Shown: positions 15,935-26,581, counted from the stretch's first letter. The stretch is 64,000 nucleotides of DNA from an uncultured Bacteroidales bacterium (GCA_964469155.1 CAYXXU010000002.1:26365-90364), one strand, 5' to 3'. Notes: a model not told the origin generated them from the letters alone. Made by a program: numbers and translations.

Positions 15935-17746
15935 CTAGCTTGTCCGGTAAATTTTTATCTGAATATCCTTCACCAGGAAAATATCCAGGCTTTGGTTCCA
16001 GATATAGAATTTCAAGGTGAAATCCTTTTGTTGTATTTTGGGCAGTATAATAGTGTAAGTCATTTCGTGCCAGTGGCTGGAAGGTTGGTGGGCATAGTAT
16101 TCCAGCGGGAAGGTTTTGAACCATGCCAGTTTCTTATCATTGTAAGTAAGTGCTGCCACGAAGAGATTCTTATGAAACTGTGTAGGGTGGAGGTCCATTT
16201 TTTTAAGTTGTATCAGTGCATAGCTTTTATTGGCCCGAAACAATTCGTCAGCATTTTTAACCGAATCCACAAAATTAGTTTCAAAACGGTCGTCGTAGCA
16301 GTAGGCCTTGCCGGTTTCGCCTCGCTGATATACAATATTGGCACTGTCGGGTGTGGAATCATTTGGCATCAGAGGGGTTTGGAGAATGAGATGCTGCTCA
16401 AACCGATTGTATGGTAGCAGATCGTCAGCGCCTCCGAAGCAATTTACAAATGAATCTGATGTTTTCAGGAAAACATTCTGATATCGTTGGCGGTTCATAT
16501 ACTCGGAATGGATGATTCCCTTATGATACTGGTAATTTTGAAGCAGATTCAGACCAAGCGGGAACATTGATAAAACAACAAGACCCCACTTTGCCCAAAC
16601 CCTTACATTATGCAACAGCAATGCAAACAACAGAATAAAGACGACATAGAAATCAATGAAAGGGCGCATACCGAAGCCGTCAGAATAGCTCCAGCACCAC
16701 CATGCCGATAATAAATACGTTATGATTATCAGAAAGCTTATCGCAATAAGGAAGCGGACTTTGTTTTTCCATAAAAGTACCATTAATCCAAGCAGGCTGA
16801 TGCCAATCAGGGGGGTATAAACAAACAAACCTTTTCGAAATCCGAACAATACCCTGAAAAACTCGGGATGGGTGAAATAAAATCCTTCATGGCTATAGGG
16901 CCATAAAAAAAATTCGCGACACTGAATGAACCATAAAATGTTCTGAATACTTATGGTAAGGAAAAACAAGAGCATGGATACCAACAATGTTCTGGCATGC
17001 TTCTTCAAAATGGCCAAGGCTGATCCCCAATCATCTATAAAGAACCACAGAAAAGCAACGATCGCAATATTGAAGGGGCGTATCAGGTAAATCAACCCCA
17101 GCGTAACCGCACTTAGCAGCAGGTATCTCTTGTTTCGGCTGATCAGAAAACTATTGAAAAGCCAAAGAAACAAACTTACCGCAAAAAATGAATACACATG
17201 CGACATGGTCGGATGGATGACCGTGTAGGTGAGCAAATTGCTGCCAAACAAGAATAAGGCAAGGGTAAGGAGAGTGTTGAACAATGAAATTTTGAACTGT
17301 TGCAATAGTTTGGCAGCGAAGAACAAACCCAGTAACAGGTAAAAAATGCCCGCCAGACTGATTACCTTTTGAAATAGCTCCGAGTAGGCATCCAGGGGTA
17401 AATGTCCTATCGAAGCAATGGCATACGAAACCAGAAAGAATGGTGATATCAACAAAGCTGTTCCACTGTAATATTTAATAACACTATGACCGTTTACGGT
17501 ATTGATCTGCTCGTAATTCACCGTGGCGTGGCCAAAATCGTGGGTAATTAAAATCTGTTCGAGGTAAGCATAATAACCTTTTGCATCGCCGTCAATGATG
17601 GATATCCAGTCCCGGCCTGAATTTCCCTGCCAGCGAAACACTATGGTCAGTAAGACCAGCATGATCATAACACTGGTATAGAAAACTGTATAGGCTCTTT
17701 TTGCAGAAAGCATTCGCTGATAAAATTTATACAAAGATAGAATCAA
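15935..17746 (-). CDS. Polytopic membrane protein, possible GT-C-type glycosyltransferase
   Basis: 603 aa with more than 10 predicted TM helices, followed by a ~190-aa soluble C-terminal domain. The first loop carries DGDAKGYYAYL, reminiscent of GT-C enzymes. The family assignment is tentative. Confidence 0.55.
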   Translation of the reverse strand: MILSLYKFYQRMLSAKRAYTVFYTSVMIMLVLLTIVFRWQGNSGRDWISIIDGDAKGYYAYLEQILITHDFGHATVNYEQINTVNGHSVIKYYSGTALLISPFFLVSYAIASIGHLPLDAYSELFQKVISLAGIFYLLLGLFFAAKLLQQFKISLFNTLLTLALFLFGSNLLTYTVIHPTMSHVYSFFAVSLFLWLFNSFLISRNKRYLLLSAVTLGLIYLIRPFNIAIVAFLWFFIDDWGSALAILKKHARTLLVSMLLFFLTISIQNILWFIQCREFFLWPYSHEGFYFTHPEFFRVLFGFRKGLFVYTPLIGISLLGLMVLLWKNKVRFLIAISFLIIITYLLSAWWCWSYSDGFGMRPFIDFYVVFILLFALLLHNVRVWAKWGLVVLSMFPLGLNLLQNYQYHKGIIHSEYMNRQRYQNVFLKTSDSFVNCFGGADDLLPYNRFEQHLILQTPLMPNDSTPDSANIVYQRGETGKAYCYDDRFETNFVDSVKNADELFRANKSYALIQLKKMDLHPTQFHKNLFVAALTYNDKKLAWFKTFPLEYYAHQPSSHWHEMTYTIILPKIQQKDFTLKFYIWNQSLDIFLVKDIQIKIYRTS

Positions 17747-17945
17747 AAGGAAATGTAAGGGCAGAAAATCTTCTGCCCGGATAATGAAATGCGAGGGAAA
17801 GACGGATAAATGGAAAGATGAAAGGATTGAATTGTTAGATGGTTATATTGTTCTATGGTTAAATTATTAAATGTGGTCTTGGTTCATGGCTTGCGGCTTT
17901 TGGCTAATGGTCATTTCTTAGTATCTTTACAGAAAAATTCCCCCA

Positions 17946-19499
17946 ATGCAAAAAGAAATTCAGATTCAGATATTTCCCGAACTTATTAATAATAATGGGG
18001 AAATAAAAAGGCTGAGTGCGCGAAAAGGAGGGTTTCGCGAATCGGATATCAGGCATGTGGAATTATTGAAACAGTCGGTTGATGCGCGCCAAAAGATAAT
18101 TAAGCTCAATCTTTCGTTGCGGGTATACATTAATGAAGATTTCGAAGAAATTGAAGTATTCTTGCCAGATTATAAAGAGGTGACGAATGCTCCCCATATA
18201 ATTATTGTCGGTGCAGGTCCTGCGGGGCTGTTTGCTGCGTTGCGCTGTCTTGAGGCAGGCATAAAGCCAATCATTCTTGAACGCGGAAAAGATGTGCATG
18301 CAAGAGTGGCCGACCTAAAATCGATCAACATCGATCATATTGTGAACGAAGATTCCAATTATTGTTTTGGGGAAGGGGGCGCCGGCACCTATTCCGACGG
18401 AAAATTATTTACCCGTTCGAAAAAAAGGGGTGATGTGGAGAAAATAATTCAATTGTTGGTGGCATTTGGAGCAGATAAAAAGATCATGGTCGATGCCCAT
18501 CCTCATATAGGAACCAATAAACTGCCCGGAATTATAGCCAATATCAGGGAATGTATTCTTTCGCATGGTGGAGAAGTACATTTCAATTCAAGGGTGAAGG
18601 ATATCCTGGTTAAAAACAATTCGATTGCAGGAGTAACCACCATAGCAGGAGATCATTTTGAAAGCAATAAACTGATCTTAGCCACCGGACATTCGGCCCG
18701 AGATATTTACGAGATACTATATAAAAACGGGATACTGATTGAATTGAAGCCTTTTGCTTTGGGTGTAAGGGTGGAACATCAGCAAAGTTTGATTGACCTT
18801 ATTCAATATAAGCGAAAAGACAGGGGTGAGTTTCTGCCCCCTGCAGCATATAGCATTGTGAGGCAGGTGAACGGGCGCGGGGTGTATTCCTTTTGCATGT
18901 GCCCGGGCGGGGTTATTGCCCCTTGTGCAACCAGTCCCGGCGAAGTGGTCACCAATGGATGGTCGCCATCGCGGCGGGATTTTCCTACGGCCAATTCAGG
19001 GATCGTGGTTGAATTAAGACCGGAAGATTTTACCGGATTTGCTGAGTTTGGACCTTTGGCAGCCATGGAATTTCAACGGTCGGTTGAAAAGAAAGCCTGG
19101 GAAGAAGCCGGGCGTTCCCAAAAAGTACCTGCTCAGCGGTTGATGGATTTTGTGAACGGACAACCTTCGGCTGATCTGCCTGCTACCTCTTACAAACCTG
19201 GTGTTGAGCCGGTAGAATTAAGATCAGTATTCCCTGATTTCATCTATGCTGCCTTGCAATCAGGATTCAGACAGTTTGGGGAAGCAATGAAAGGTTTTCT
19301 TACCAACGATGCCGTAGTTCATGCCCCCGAATCAAGAACATCGTCGCCGGTTCGTATACCACGCGATACTGAAACTATGCAACATGTTGCCATTAAAGGT
19401 TTATATCCCTGCGGAGAAGGAGCCGGATATGCCGGCGGTATTGTTTCGGCAGCTATTGATGGTGAAAGATCAGCAGGAAAATGTGTAGAGAGTTTATGA
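17946..19499 (+). CDS. FAD-dependent oxidoreductase (COG2509-like)
   Basis: 517 aa. Dinucleotide-binding motif IIIVGAGPAGLFAAL, and a C-terminal GEGAGYAGGI motif typical of this family. Confidence 0.85.
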   Translation: MQKEIQIQIFPELINNNGEIKRLSARKGGFRESDIRHVELLKQSVDARQKIIKLNLSLRVYINEDFEEIEVFLPDYKEVTNAPHIIIVGAGPAGLFAALRCLEAGIKPIILERGKDVHARVADLKSINIDHIVNEDSNYCFGEGGAGTYSDGKLFTRSKKRGDVEKIIQLLVAFGADKKIMVDAHPHIGTNKLPGIIANIRECILSHGGEVHFNSRVKDILVKNNSIAGVTTIAGDHFESNKLILATGHSARDIYEILYKNGILIELKPFALGVRVEHQQSLIDLIQYKRKDRGEFLPPAAYSIVRQVNGRGVYSFCMCPGGVIAPCATSPGEVVTNGWSPSRRDFPTANSGIVVELRPEDFTGFAEFGPLAAMEFQRSVEKKAWEEAGRSQKVPAQRLMDFVNGQPSADLPATSYKPGVEPVELRSVFPDFIYAALQSGFRQFGEAMKGFLTNDAVVHAPESRTSSPVRIPRDTETMQHVAIKGLYPCGEGAGYAGGIVSAAIDGERSAGKCVESL

Positions 19500-19559
19500 T
19501 GAATTATAAATTTCATTTATTTTGTAGGTACGTATTTTTTTATACTTAAATCCTCCTTT

Positions 19560-21203
19560 ATGAAAAGATCTTATAAAGTTGTTCCGGTAAGCATATTCAT
19601 TTTAATAATTACGATTTTTTCTGCAACCAAATGCCTGGTAGCTCAAACATTGGTGCCTGTATTGCAGTGGGAACGATTTGTTGATGGACAGATAGGATAC
19701 AACGGAATGGATGCTGCCCTGTGCATTTCGACCGATAATTCGGGCAATGCCTATGTTTCGGGTTATACACGCGGTGACCTGACGGGACTCGATTTTTTAA
19801 ATATAAAATACAATCCGCAGGGCGATACCTTATGGACAAGAAAATTCATTGCTGATAATTTTGATAACCTTCCTATTTCGCACTGCCTTGATGATAACGG
19901 GAACCTTTATGTGCTGGGGTATAGTTTACCAGTTCCGGGAGTTGGATATTATTTGCTGCTGAAGTATAGCAGCAGTGGTCAGTTGCTGTGGCATACCAAA
20001 TTCAACAAATTGCAACCCGGCAATAATAATGTTCCGGTTAACTCCTTGGCGGTTGATTCTTCCGGGAATAGCTATTTTACTGCAAAGACATTTGCCTCCA
20101 ACGCTGATTTGGCTGTAATTAAAGTAAGTCCGGCGGGAGACTCATTATGGAGCCGTTATTATAACGGAACAGGCAATGCAACCGAAAATGCCACCTCCCT
20201 GGTATTAAGCGATTCCGGCAACATTTATGTTACAGGCATGTCGTGGAACGGCACTTCGTATGACTATTGCACTTTGAAATTCGACTCAGCCGGGAATCAG
20301 AAGTGGGTATCAAATTTCGACGGAACTGTTAATGGAACAGATTATGCGTATTCGATTGATGTCGACAATTCAGGAAATGTGTATGTCGCCGGTGAATCAT
20401 ACAATGGCTCTACCTCTACTTGTTTCGCAACGGTTAAATACAATTCTCAAGGCGTGCAGCAATGGGTTCGTTATTACACTTCGGATAGTTTGTCTGACAA
20501 AGCCCAGGTGGTTAAAATCCGAAATACAAATGAAATCTACGTGGCAGGGTCGAGCTATGGAGGCCATTATACTATGGGTGGAACCCATACCGACCTGTGT
20601 GTGGTAAAATATAACAGCAGCGGACAACAGCAATGGGTAGGAAGATATACAAGCCCCGGCGCAGGTGAAGATTATCTGAATGATATGACCTTCGATAACA
20701 ACAATAATGTGATCCTTGCCGGATTAACCAATTCGGATATATTTTGGAAAAATATTGCGGTTTGTTGTTTTTCTCCTTCTGGAAATCAATTGTGGAACAT
20801 CGATTATGATAGGGACAGCTTGTCGCAGACAGCCTGGTCGGTGGCCGTCGATGCTCTTGGTTCATTAATTATTGCCGGTGAAAGCAACTATGATTTCTGT
20901 ACATTAAAGTATAATTTTGTGACCGGGATCAATTCGTCTGATCAGAAAAATAGCGTCAGGCTTTTTCCCAATCCCTGCAACAACGAGCTTGGCATTTCAT
21001 TAACCGGCGTTGGGAATGCTGTCAGAAACATTGAAATTTACAATATTGAAGGTATGCTTTGTAGAAATATTTCAATGAACTGCCTGACTTCATCAGGAAA
21101 TGAATGTATGATCGACGTGCACGACCTGGTTTCAGGAACCTATTTTGTTGTGGTTAATACCCCCGTCCGTGCATTCCATGCAAAACTTATGATTATACAA
21201 TAA
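19560..21203 (+). CDS. Secreted SBBP/beta-propeller repeat protein with T9SS C-terminal sorting domain
   Basis: Signal peptide. Repeated D-x-SGN-x-YV(T/A)G units. C-terminal ~80 aa are LFPNPCNNELGISL...GTYFVVV...KLMIIQ. Confidence 0.85.
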   Translation: MKRSYKVVPVSIFILIITIFSATKCLVAQTLVPVLQWERFVDGQIGYNGMDAALCISTDNSGNAYVSGYTRGDLTGLDFLNIKYNPQGDTLWTRKFIADNFDNLPISHCLDDNGNLYVLGYSLPVPGVGYYLLLKYSSSGQLLWHTKFNKLQPGNNNVPVNSLAVDSSGNSYFTAKTFASNADLAVIKVSPAGDSLWSRYYNGTGNATENATSLVLSDSGNIYVTGMSWNGTSYDYCTLKFDSAGNQKWVSNFDGTVNGTDYAYSIDVDNSGNVYVAGESYNGSTSTCFATVKYNSQGVQQWVRYYTSDSLSDKAQVVKIRNTNEIYVAGSSYGGHYTMGGTHTDLCVVKYNSSGQQQWVGRYTSPGAGEDYLNDMTFDNNNNVILAGLTNSDIFWKNIAVCCFSPSGNQLWNIDYDRDSLSQTAWSVAVDALGSLIIAGESNYDFCTLKYNFVTGINSSDQKNSVRLFPNPCNNELGISLTGVGNAVRNIEIYNIEGMLCRNISMNCLTSSGNECMIDVHDLVSGTYFVVVNTPVRAFHAKLMIIQ

Positions 21204-21331
21204 ATAGCCGGAAACCATTTAATACATAGAATTGACCATTTCGCTGATTAAAACGGGCATTTTGTAAAATTCTTTTTGCTATAAAACGAATATTGTATAA
21301 TATTGACCCCAAATAATAAAATAAAAGGATA

Positions 21332-24301
21332 ATGAAAAAACTATTATTAATTTTAACCGTAAGCATTTTTTACTTTTCAACATTTATGGCAACTGCTCAA
21401 ACTACTCATGGATTTAAACTGATCGAAAAACGATTTGTAAAAGAAGTTAATGCCGACTGCTATTACTACGAACATATTAAGAGCGGTGCCCGTTTGCTGA
21501 AAATTGCCTCGGCTGATGAAAACAAAACTTTTGGAATAGCCTTCCAAACCGTTCCCAATTCCGACAACGGTGTAGCTCATATCATGGAACATTCGGTGCT
21601 GAACGGCTCCGATCATTTCCCGGTAAAAAGTCCTTTTGATGTGCTGATGAAAGGCTCCTTAAAAACCTATATTAATGCATTTACCTCAAAGGATTATACC
21701 ATGTATCCTTTGGCCAGCATGAACGAAAAAGATTATTTTAACCTGATGCACGTATATATGGATGCTGTTTTTCATCCGCTGATATATAAAGATCAACGCA
21801 TTCTCAAACAGGAAGGCTGGCATTACGAACTTACCGACAAAGATGCCCCTATCACCTATAAAGGGGTTGTTTACAATGAAATGAAAGGCGCTTATTCCAA
21901 CCCTTCCCGCGAATTGTCGTACCAGATTTATAAAAATCTGTTTCCAAACAGCCCTTATGGATTTGAATCGGGTGGATATCCTGCTGCAATTCCTTCACTT
22001 ACGTATGAGCAATTCCTGCAGTTTCATCAGAAATATTATTCCCCCGAAAACTCTTATATAATGCTTTATGGCAACGCCGATGCTGATAAAGAACTTGAAT
22101 TTCTCGATAAGGAATATTTATCTAATTATACCAAATCGGGCAACAAAGCAGTGATTGAAGATCAGAGACCTTTCACGGCACTGAAAGATGTTTCTGAGTT
22201 CTATCCGGTGATGGAGGGCGCTGAAACGGAAGATCAGACCTATTTATCACTCGACCTGGTTGCCGGACAAAATACAGATTATGTGCTGGGATTGGGACTC
22301 GATATTATTTGCGAGGTGTTGTTCAACCAGGATAATGCCCCGGTGAGGTTGGCCCTGCAAAAAGACGGTATCGGAAAGGATGTAAATGCCAACACATCCA
22401 ACTACAAGCAAAATGTCATTACCATTGTGGTACAAAATGCCAATGCCGCTGATAAAAAGAAATTTTACGATATTATTATCCATACCCTCAAAGAGGCTGT
22501 GGCCAAAGGTATTGATAAACAGGAAGTGGAAGGCGTGTTGAACCGTTACGAATTCCAGTTGCGCGAAGGCAACGATGCTCAAAAAGGAATCGGAATTATA
22601 TCCCGTATTCAGGCAGGATGGTTTTTTGCCGACGATCCTTTTATGGGCATTGAGTACGAAAAAACACTGGCCAGCCTCAGAGAGTCGCTGAAAACTAATT
22701 ACCTCGAAAACATTGTCGACAAATATTTTATTAACAATCCACATGCCCTGCTGATATCACTGGAACCAAAACCCGGTCTGGACATGGAGAAAAATGCCAA
22801 ACAGGATGCTGAGCTCAAGTCCTATAAGTCAAAACTTTCGGCTACCGATGTCGATAATTTAGTTAATGAAACCAACGAACTCATCGCTTTTCAGAAGAGG
22901 GAAGATACACCCGAAGCCCTGGCAACTATTCCATTGCTTAAACTCAGCGACGTCAATCCCAAAGGAGTGTGGTATGGTTGTGAAGAAAAACAGGCCAACG
23001 GCATTAAGGTTCTTTTTCACGAGGAGTTCACCAACAACATTGTGTATGCCGACATCTATTTCGATCTCCATGTTTTGCCCAAAGAACTGCTACCCTATGC
23101 TTCTCTGCTATCGAACATTCTTACCTCCCTCGATACAAAAAAATACTCTTACGGCGATCTCAACCGCGGGTTGAATATTAACCTGGGAGGGTTCAATACT
23201 GGTCTCGACAATTATTTCGAAAATCAGGACGACAACAAAATGGTAGCCAAATTCGCAGTGGCCTCAAAGGTTATGAAAGAAAAAACCGATAAAATGTTCG
23301 AACTTACCGCCGAAATTCTTATCAACACAATTTTCTCCGATACGGCGCGCCTCAAATCGGTGCTGATTCGCCACCAGTCGCAGTTAGATGCCTCGGTCAA
23401 GCGCGATGGAAGGGGAGTTGCCTCCAGCCGCCTGGCTTCCTATTTCAGCAACCGCGGGGTGTTCAACGAGTTGGTCAACGGTCTCGACTATTTTTGGTTT
23501 GTAAGCCAATTGGTGCGCGATTTCGATAAAAATTCCGATCAGATCGTCAAACAGTTGCAAAAAACTGCCGCACTCCTGTTCACCAAAGATAATATGATGG
23601 TGGCTACCACCTGCAGCAAAACCGATCTCGACAGTTTCCTTAAATCCACCGCTGCCTTCAGCAAGGCATTGCCATCCGTCAAACCGCAATATCTCACCTG
23701 GCAATTAAATCCCGAAAAAAAGAACGAAGGCATACTTACCGCTTCCAAAGTGCAATATGTCATCCAGGGCTACGATTTTAAAAAGCTCGGCTACACCTGG
23801 AGCGGAAAAATGCGCGTGCTCAACCAGATTGTTTCCCGCGAATGGCTCACCAACCAGGTGCGCGTCATCGGAGGCGCTTATGGCGGCTATTCGGGCATTT
23901 CACCCAACGGCACCATGACATTCAATTCCTATCGCGACCCCAACCTCAAAACCACCATCGAAAACTATAATGCCACCTACCAATATCTCGCCAACTTCAA
24001 AGCCGACGACAATGCCATGACCCGCTTTATTCTCGGAACCATTTCCGGTATCGATGTCCCCATGACTCCTTCACAAAAAGGCGACAATGCCGTCAGCCTC
24101 TATTTTGCCAAACGCACCCTCGCCGACGTACAAACCGACCGCGACGACATACTCGCCACCAAAGCTGCTGATATTGTTGCCTTTGCCAAAATGGTTAAAG
24201 ATATCCTCGATCAGAAATACATTTGCGTCTACGGCAACAAAGACAAAGTCACTGCCGAAAAAGACACCTTCATCAGCCTCATAAAACTCGAGCAGAAATA
24301 G
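21332..24301 (+). CDS. M16-family (PreP/insulinase-like) zinc metallopeptidase
   Basis: 989 aa. Signal peptide and inverted zinc motif HIMEH (HxxEH). The length is typical of M16C. Confidence 0.9.
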   Translation: MKKLLLILTVSIFYFSTFMATAQTTHGFKLIEKRFVKEVNADCYYYEHIKSGARLLKIASADENKTFGIAFQTVPNSDNGVAHIMEHSVLNGSDHFPVKSPFDVLMKGSLKTYINAFTSKDYTMYPLASMNEKDYFNLMHVYMDAVFHPLIYKDQRILKQEGWHYELTDKDAPITYKGVVYNEMKGAYSNPSRELSYQIYKNLFPNSPYGFESGGYPAAIPSLTYEQFLQFHQKYYSPENSYIMLYGNADADKELEFLDKEYLSNYTKSGNKAVIEDQRPFTALKDVSEFYPVMEGAETEDQTYLSLDLVAGQNTDYVLGLGLDIICEVLFNQDNAPVRLALQKDGIGKDVNANTSNYKQNVITIVVQNANAADKKKFYDIIIHTLKEAVAKGIDKQEVEGVLNRYEFQLREGNDAQKGIGIISRIQAGWFFADDPFMGIEYEKTLASLRESLKTNYLENIVDKYFINNPHALLISLEPKPGLDMEKNAKQDAELKSYKSKLSATDVDNLVNETNELIAFQKREDTPEALATIPLLKLSDVNPKGVWYGCEEKQANGIKVLFHEEFTNNIVYADIYFDLHVLPKELLPYASLLSNILTSLDTKKYSYGDLNRGLNINLGGFNTGLDNYFENQDDNKMVAKFAVASKVMKEKTDKMFELTAEILINTIFSDTARLKSVLIRHQSQLDASVKRDGRGVASSRLASYFSNRGVFNELVNGLDYFWFVSQLVRDFDKNSDQIVKQLQKTAALLFTKDNMMVATTCSKTDLDSFLKSTAAFSKALPSVKPQYLTWQLNPEKKNEGILTASKVQYVIQGYDFKKLGYTWSGKMRVLNQIVSREWLTNQVRVIGGAYGGYSGISPNGTMTFNSYRDPNLKTTIENYNATYQYLANFKADDNAMTRFILGTISGIDVPMTPSQKGDNAVSLYFAKRTLADVQTDRDDILATKAADIVAFAKMVKDILDQKYICVYGNKDKVTAEKDTFISLIKLEQK

Positions 24302-24329
24302 TCCCTTTACCTTTAACCATCAAAACAGG

Positions 24330-24361
24330 GGGAATCCGTTCGCGGGTTCCCTTTTTTTTTG
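24330..24361 (+). terminator. Intrinsic terminator after the M16 peptidase gene
   Basis: gggaatccg-ttcg-cgggttccc forms a 9-bp stem (one G-U pair) with a TTCG tetraloop, followed by a run of about 10 T. Confidence 0.85.
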
Positions 24362-24411
24362 TGTTAAACAATTCTTACTTAATCGACTTAATAAACTTAT
24401 TTTTTTTATTA

Positions 24412-24524
24412 GGGCGCCCCCTCCTGCGTCGGGCCGGGCTATACACTACAAGTCCTCATTCCGCTGCGCTCCATTCCGGGCTTTCCGTTCCTATCCCTGG
24501 CGCGGGGGGCAAGCAGCCGTCCTC
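24412..24524. other. Isolated GC-rich intergenic element
   Basis: About 110 nt of GC-rich sequence (gggcgccccctcctgcgtcgggccgggc...ccctggcgcggggggcaagcagccgtcc) embedded in AT-rich spacer. The ends are complementary: gccccc at 24416-24421 with gggggc at 24505-24510. Confidence 0.5.
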
Positions 24525-24613
24525 TTAAAAAACGTCACATCGCCCATCATTCATTCTAATTCTACATTCAAAAACTCTTTCATTTTTGAATTAAAACTTA
24601 ACCAATATTAATG

Positions 24614-24621
24614 TAAATTTG
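24614..24621 (+). promoter_or_regulatory. Bacteroidota -7 box upstream of the methyltransferase
   Basis: taaatttg matches TAnnTTTG, 19 nt upstream of the ATG at 24640. Confidence 0.5.
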
Positions 24622-24639
24622 TGGCAGCGGAAATCATAA

Positions 24640-25518
24640 ATGGAAATTAAGACTGATATACTATTTGGCGATAGCAAAGAACAATTAAAATCAATTCCTG
24701 ACAATACAGTAGACCTAATTGTCACATCACCCCCATATGCTGACCAACGCAAGAATACTTATGGTGGAATTCGCCACGATAATTATGTTGAATGGTTTTT
24801 ACCAATTTCAGCACAACTTTTAAGAGTTTTAAAACCAACCGGAACATTCATTTTAAACATTAAGGAAAAGGTAGTTGAGGGGGAGCGGAGCACTTATGTT
24901 ATGGAATTAATATTAGCCATGCGAAAACAAGGATGGTTATGGACCGAAGAATTTATTTGGCATAAAAAAAATAGTTACCCCGGAAAATGGCCAAATCGTT
25001 TTCGTGATTCTTGGGAAAGACTTCTCCAATTTAACAAAGACCGTAAATTTCACATGTATCAGGAGGAAGTTATGGTTCCAATGGGTGATTGGGCAAAAAA
25101 CAGACTCAAAAACTTATCTGATACTGATAAAATTCGGGATAATTCAAAAGTGGGCAGTGGGTTTGGTAAAAATATTTCAAATTGGTTAGACAGAGACAAA
25201 GCATATCCTACCAATGTTTTGCATTTGGCAACCGAATGTAATAATAAAAATCATAGTGCAGCATTTCCCGAAGAATTGCCGGAATGGTTTATCAAACTAT
25301 TTACAAAAGAAAACGACACAGTACTTGACCCATTCATGGGTTCAGGAACAACTTTGGTTGTTTCAAACCGAATGAAACGAAATTCCATTGGTATTGATAT
25401 TATGCCGGAATATTACGAAATGGTTAAAACCCTTCTCAACCCTGTTGAACTTTATTTATTAGAACCAAAACCAAAATATGAAAAAGCTAAAGTTGGCAGA
25501 CGTAACAAAATACGTTGA
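24640..25518 (+). CDS. Beta-class N4-cytosine/N6-adenine DNA methyltransferase
   Basis: 292 aa. Motif IV DLIVTSPPY lies near the N-terminus and motif I DPFMGSGTT near the C-terminus (beta permutation). SPPY favours N4-cytosine specificity. Confidence 0.9.
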   Translation: MEIKTDILFGDSKEQLKSIPDNTVDLIVTSPPYADQRKNTYGGIRHDNYVEWFLPISAQLLRVLKPTGTFILNIKEKVVEGERSTYVMELILAMRKQGWLWTEEFIWHKKNSYPGKWPNRFRDSWERLLQFNKDRKFHMYQEEVMVPMGDWAKNRLKNLSDTDKIRDNSKVGSGFGKNISNWLDRDKAYPTNVLHLATECNNKNHSAAFPEELPEWFIKLFTKENDTVLDPFMGSGTTLVVSNRMKRNSIGIDIMPEYYEMVKTLLNPVELYLLEPKPKYEKAKVGRRNKIR

Positions 25519-26212
25519 AGAAAACATTGGAATATTTCATCAAAAGCGAATCCAAAGTCTTGATGGTTTAAAACTTTCAAGTGTTCTAAAACGCAAAAAT
25601 CCTTATTTATTTAAAGCCAAATATGTATTAACAGCAGAACAAATAATTCGTGGAATTGTTGATGCTCATATTTCCTCAAACGAGGAAACCATTTTTGGTG
25701 ATTGGCTGGAAGGTCTTGCAATTTTTATAAATGGTAAAGTTTATGGTGGTTATAAATCTGGCATTATTGGCATCGACCTTGAATTCGATAATGACGGAAA
25801 AAGATATATTGTAACAATAAAATCAGGTCCAAATTGGGGAAACAGTTCGCAAATTGCAAAAATTTCCTCAGACTTTAAAACAGCAAAAAAAACATTAAGA
25901 ACCAGCAACTCCCAAATGAATATTGTCGCAGTTAATGGTTGTTGCTATGGAAGAGATAACAACCCCGACAAAGGGGACTATTATAAATATTGTGGACAAA
26001 AATTCTGGGAATTTATTTCAGGTGATACCAACCTTTACACAGATATTGTAGAACCTCTTGGACATAAAGCCAAAGAAAAAAATGATGATTTTATCAAATC
26101 ATATTCTCAAATGATAAACAAATTCACAAAAGAATTTACAACAGAATATTGTAAAGAAAATGGTGAAATTGATTGGGAAAAATTAGTTAAGTTTAATTCA
26201 TCCTCAACTTAG
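25478..26212 (+). CDS. Probable type II restriction endonuclease
   Basis: 244 aa. It overlaps the methyltransferase 3' end by 41 nt on the same strand. A possible PD-(D/E)xK-like core is GIDLEF...YIVTIKSG. The family was not recognised with certainty. Confidence 0.6.
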   Translation: MKKLKLADVTKYVEENIGIFHQKRIQSLDGLKLSSVLKRKNPYLFKAKYVLTAEQIIRGIVDAHISSNEETIFGDWLEGLAIFINGKVYGGYKSGIIGIDLEFDNDGKRYIVTIKSGPNWGNSSQIAKISSDFKTAKKTLRTSNSQMNIVAVNGCCYGRDNNPDKGDYYKYCGQKFWEFISGDTNLYTDIVEPLGHKAKEKNDDFIKSYSQMINKFTKEFTTEYCKENGEIDWEKLVKFNSSST

Positions 26213-26234
26213 AAATTAATAAATTAATAAAAAA

Positions 26235-26489
26235 ATGGCGCAGTGTATAATTCAAAATTGTCAAAATGATGCTCAGCATAATTTAGGCATACGTTTAAGA
26301 AGACCTGACACATCCGCAATCTGGGCACCTAATTGCGATGCTTTTATGTGCGATGAACATGCCGAACAAGGCTGTATTATTGAAATTAATGTAGTACCGA
26401 ATATGCATGGTACGATAACAACAAATGTATCAGGTGGCGGGAATGTATTTACAAGGACAACTACAATCAATCATGATGCGATAGAATAA
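26235..26489 (+). CDS. Small Cys-containing hypothetical protein
   Basis: 84 aa, starting 22 nt after the endonuclease stop. Two Cys pairs (C-x4-C at residues 4/9 and C-x4-C at residues 34/39) suggest a small zinc-binding fold. Confidence 0.4.
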   Translation: MAQCIIQNCQNDAQHNLGIRLRRPDTSAIWAPNCDAFMCDEHAEQGCIIEINVVPNMHGTITTNVSGGGNVFTRTTTINHDAIE

Positions 26490-26581
26490 GATTTAAACAG
26501 TTCAATAGTTTAAATATCCCCTGATCGCGGTGTTTTATAATCACTGTGTTTCAATCATTTGTTTTTTAATAAGAAAAGACA

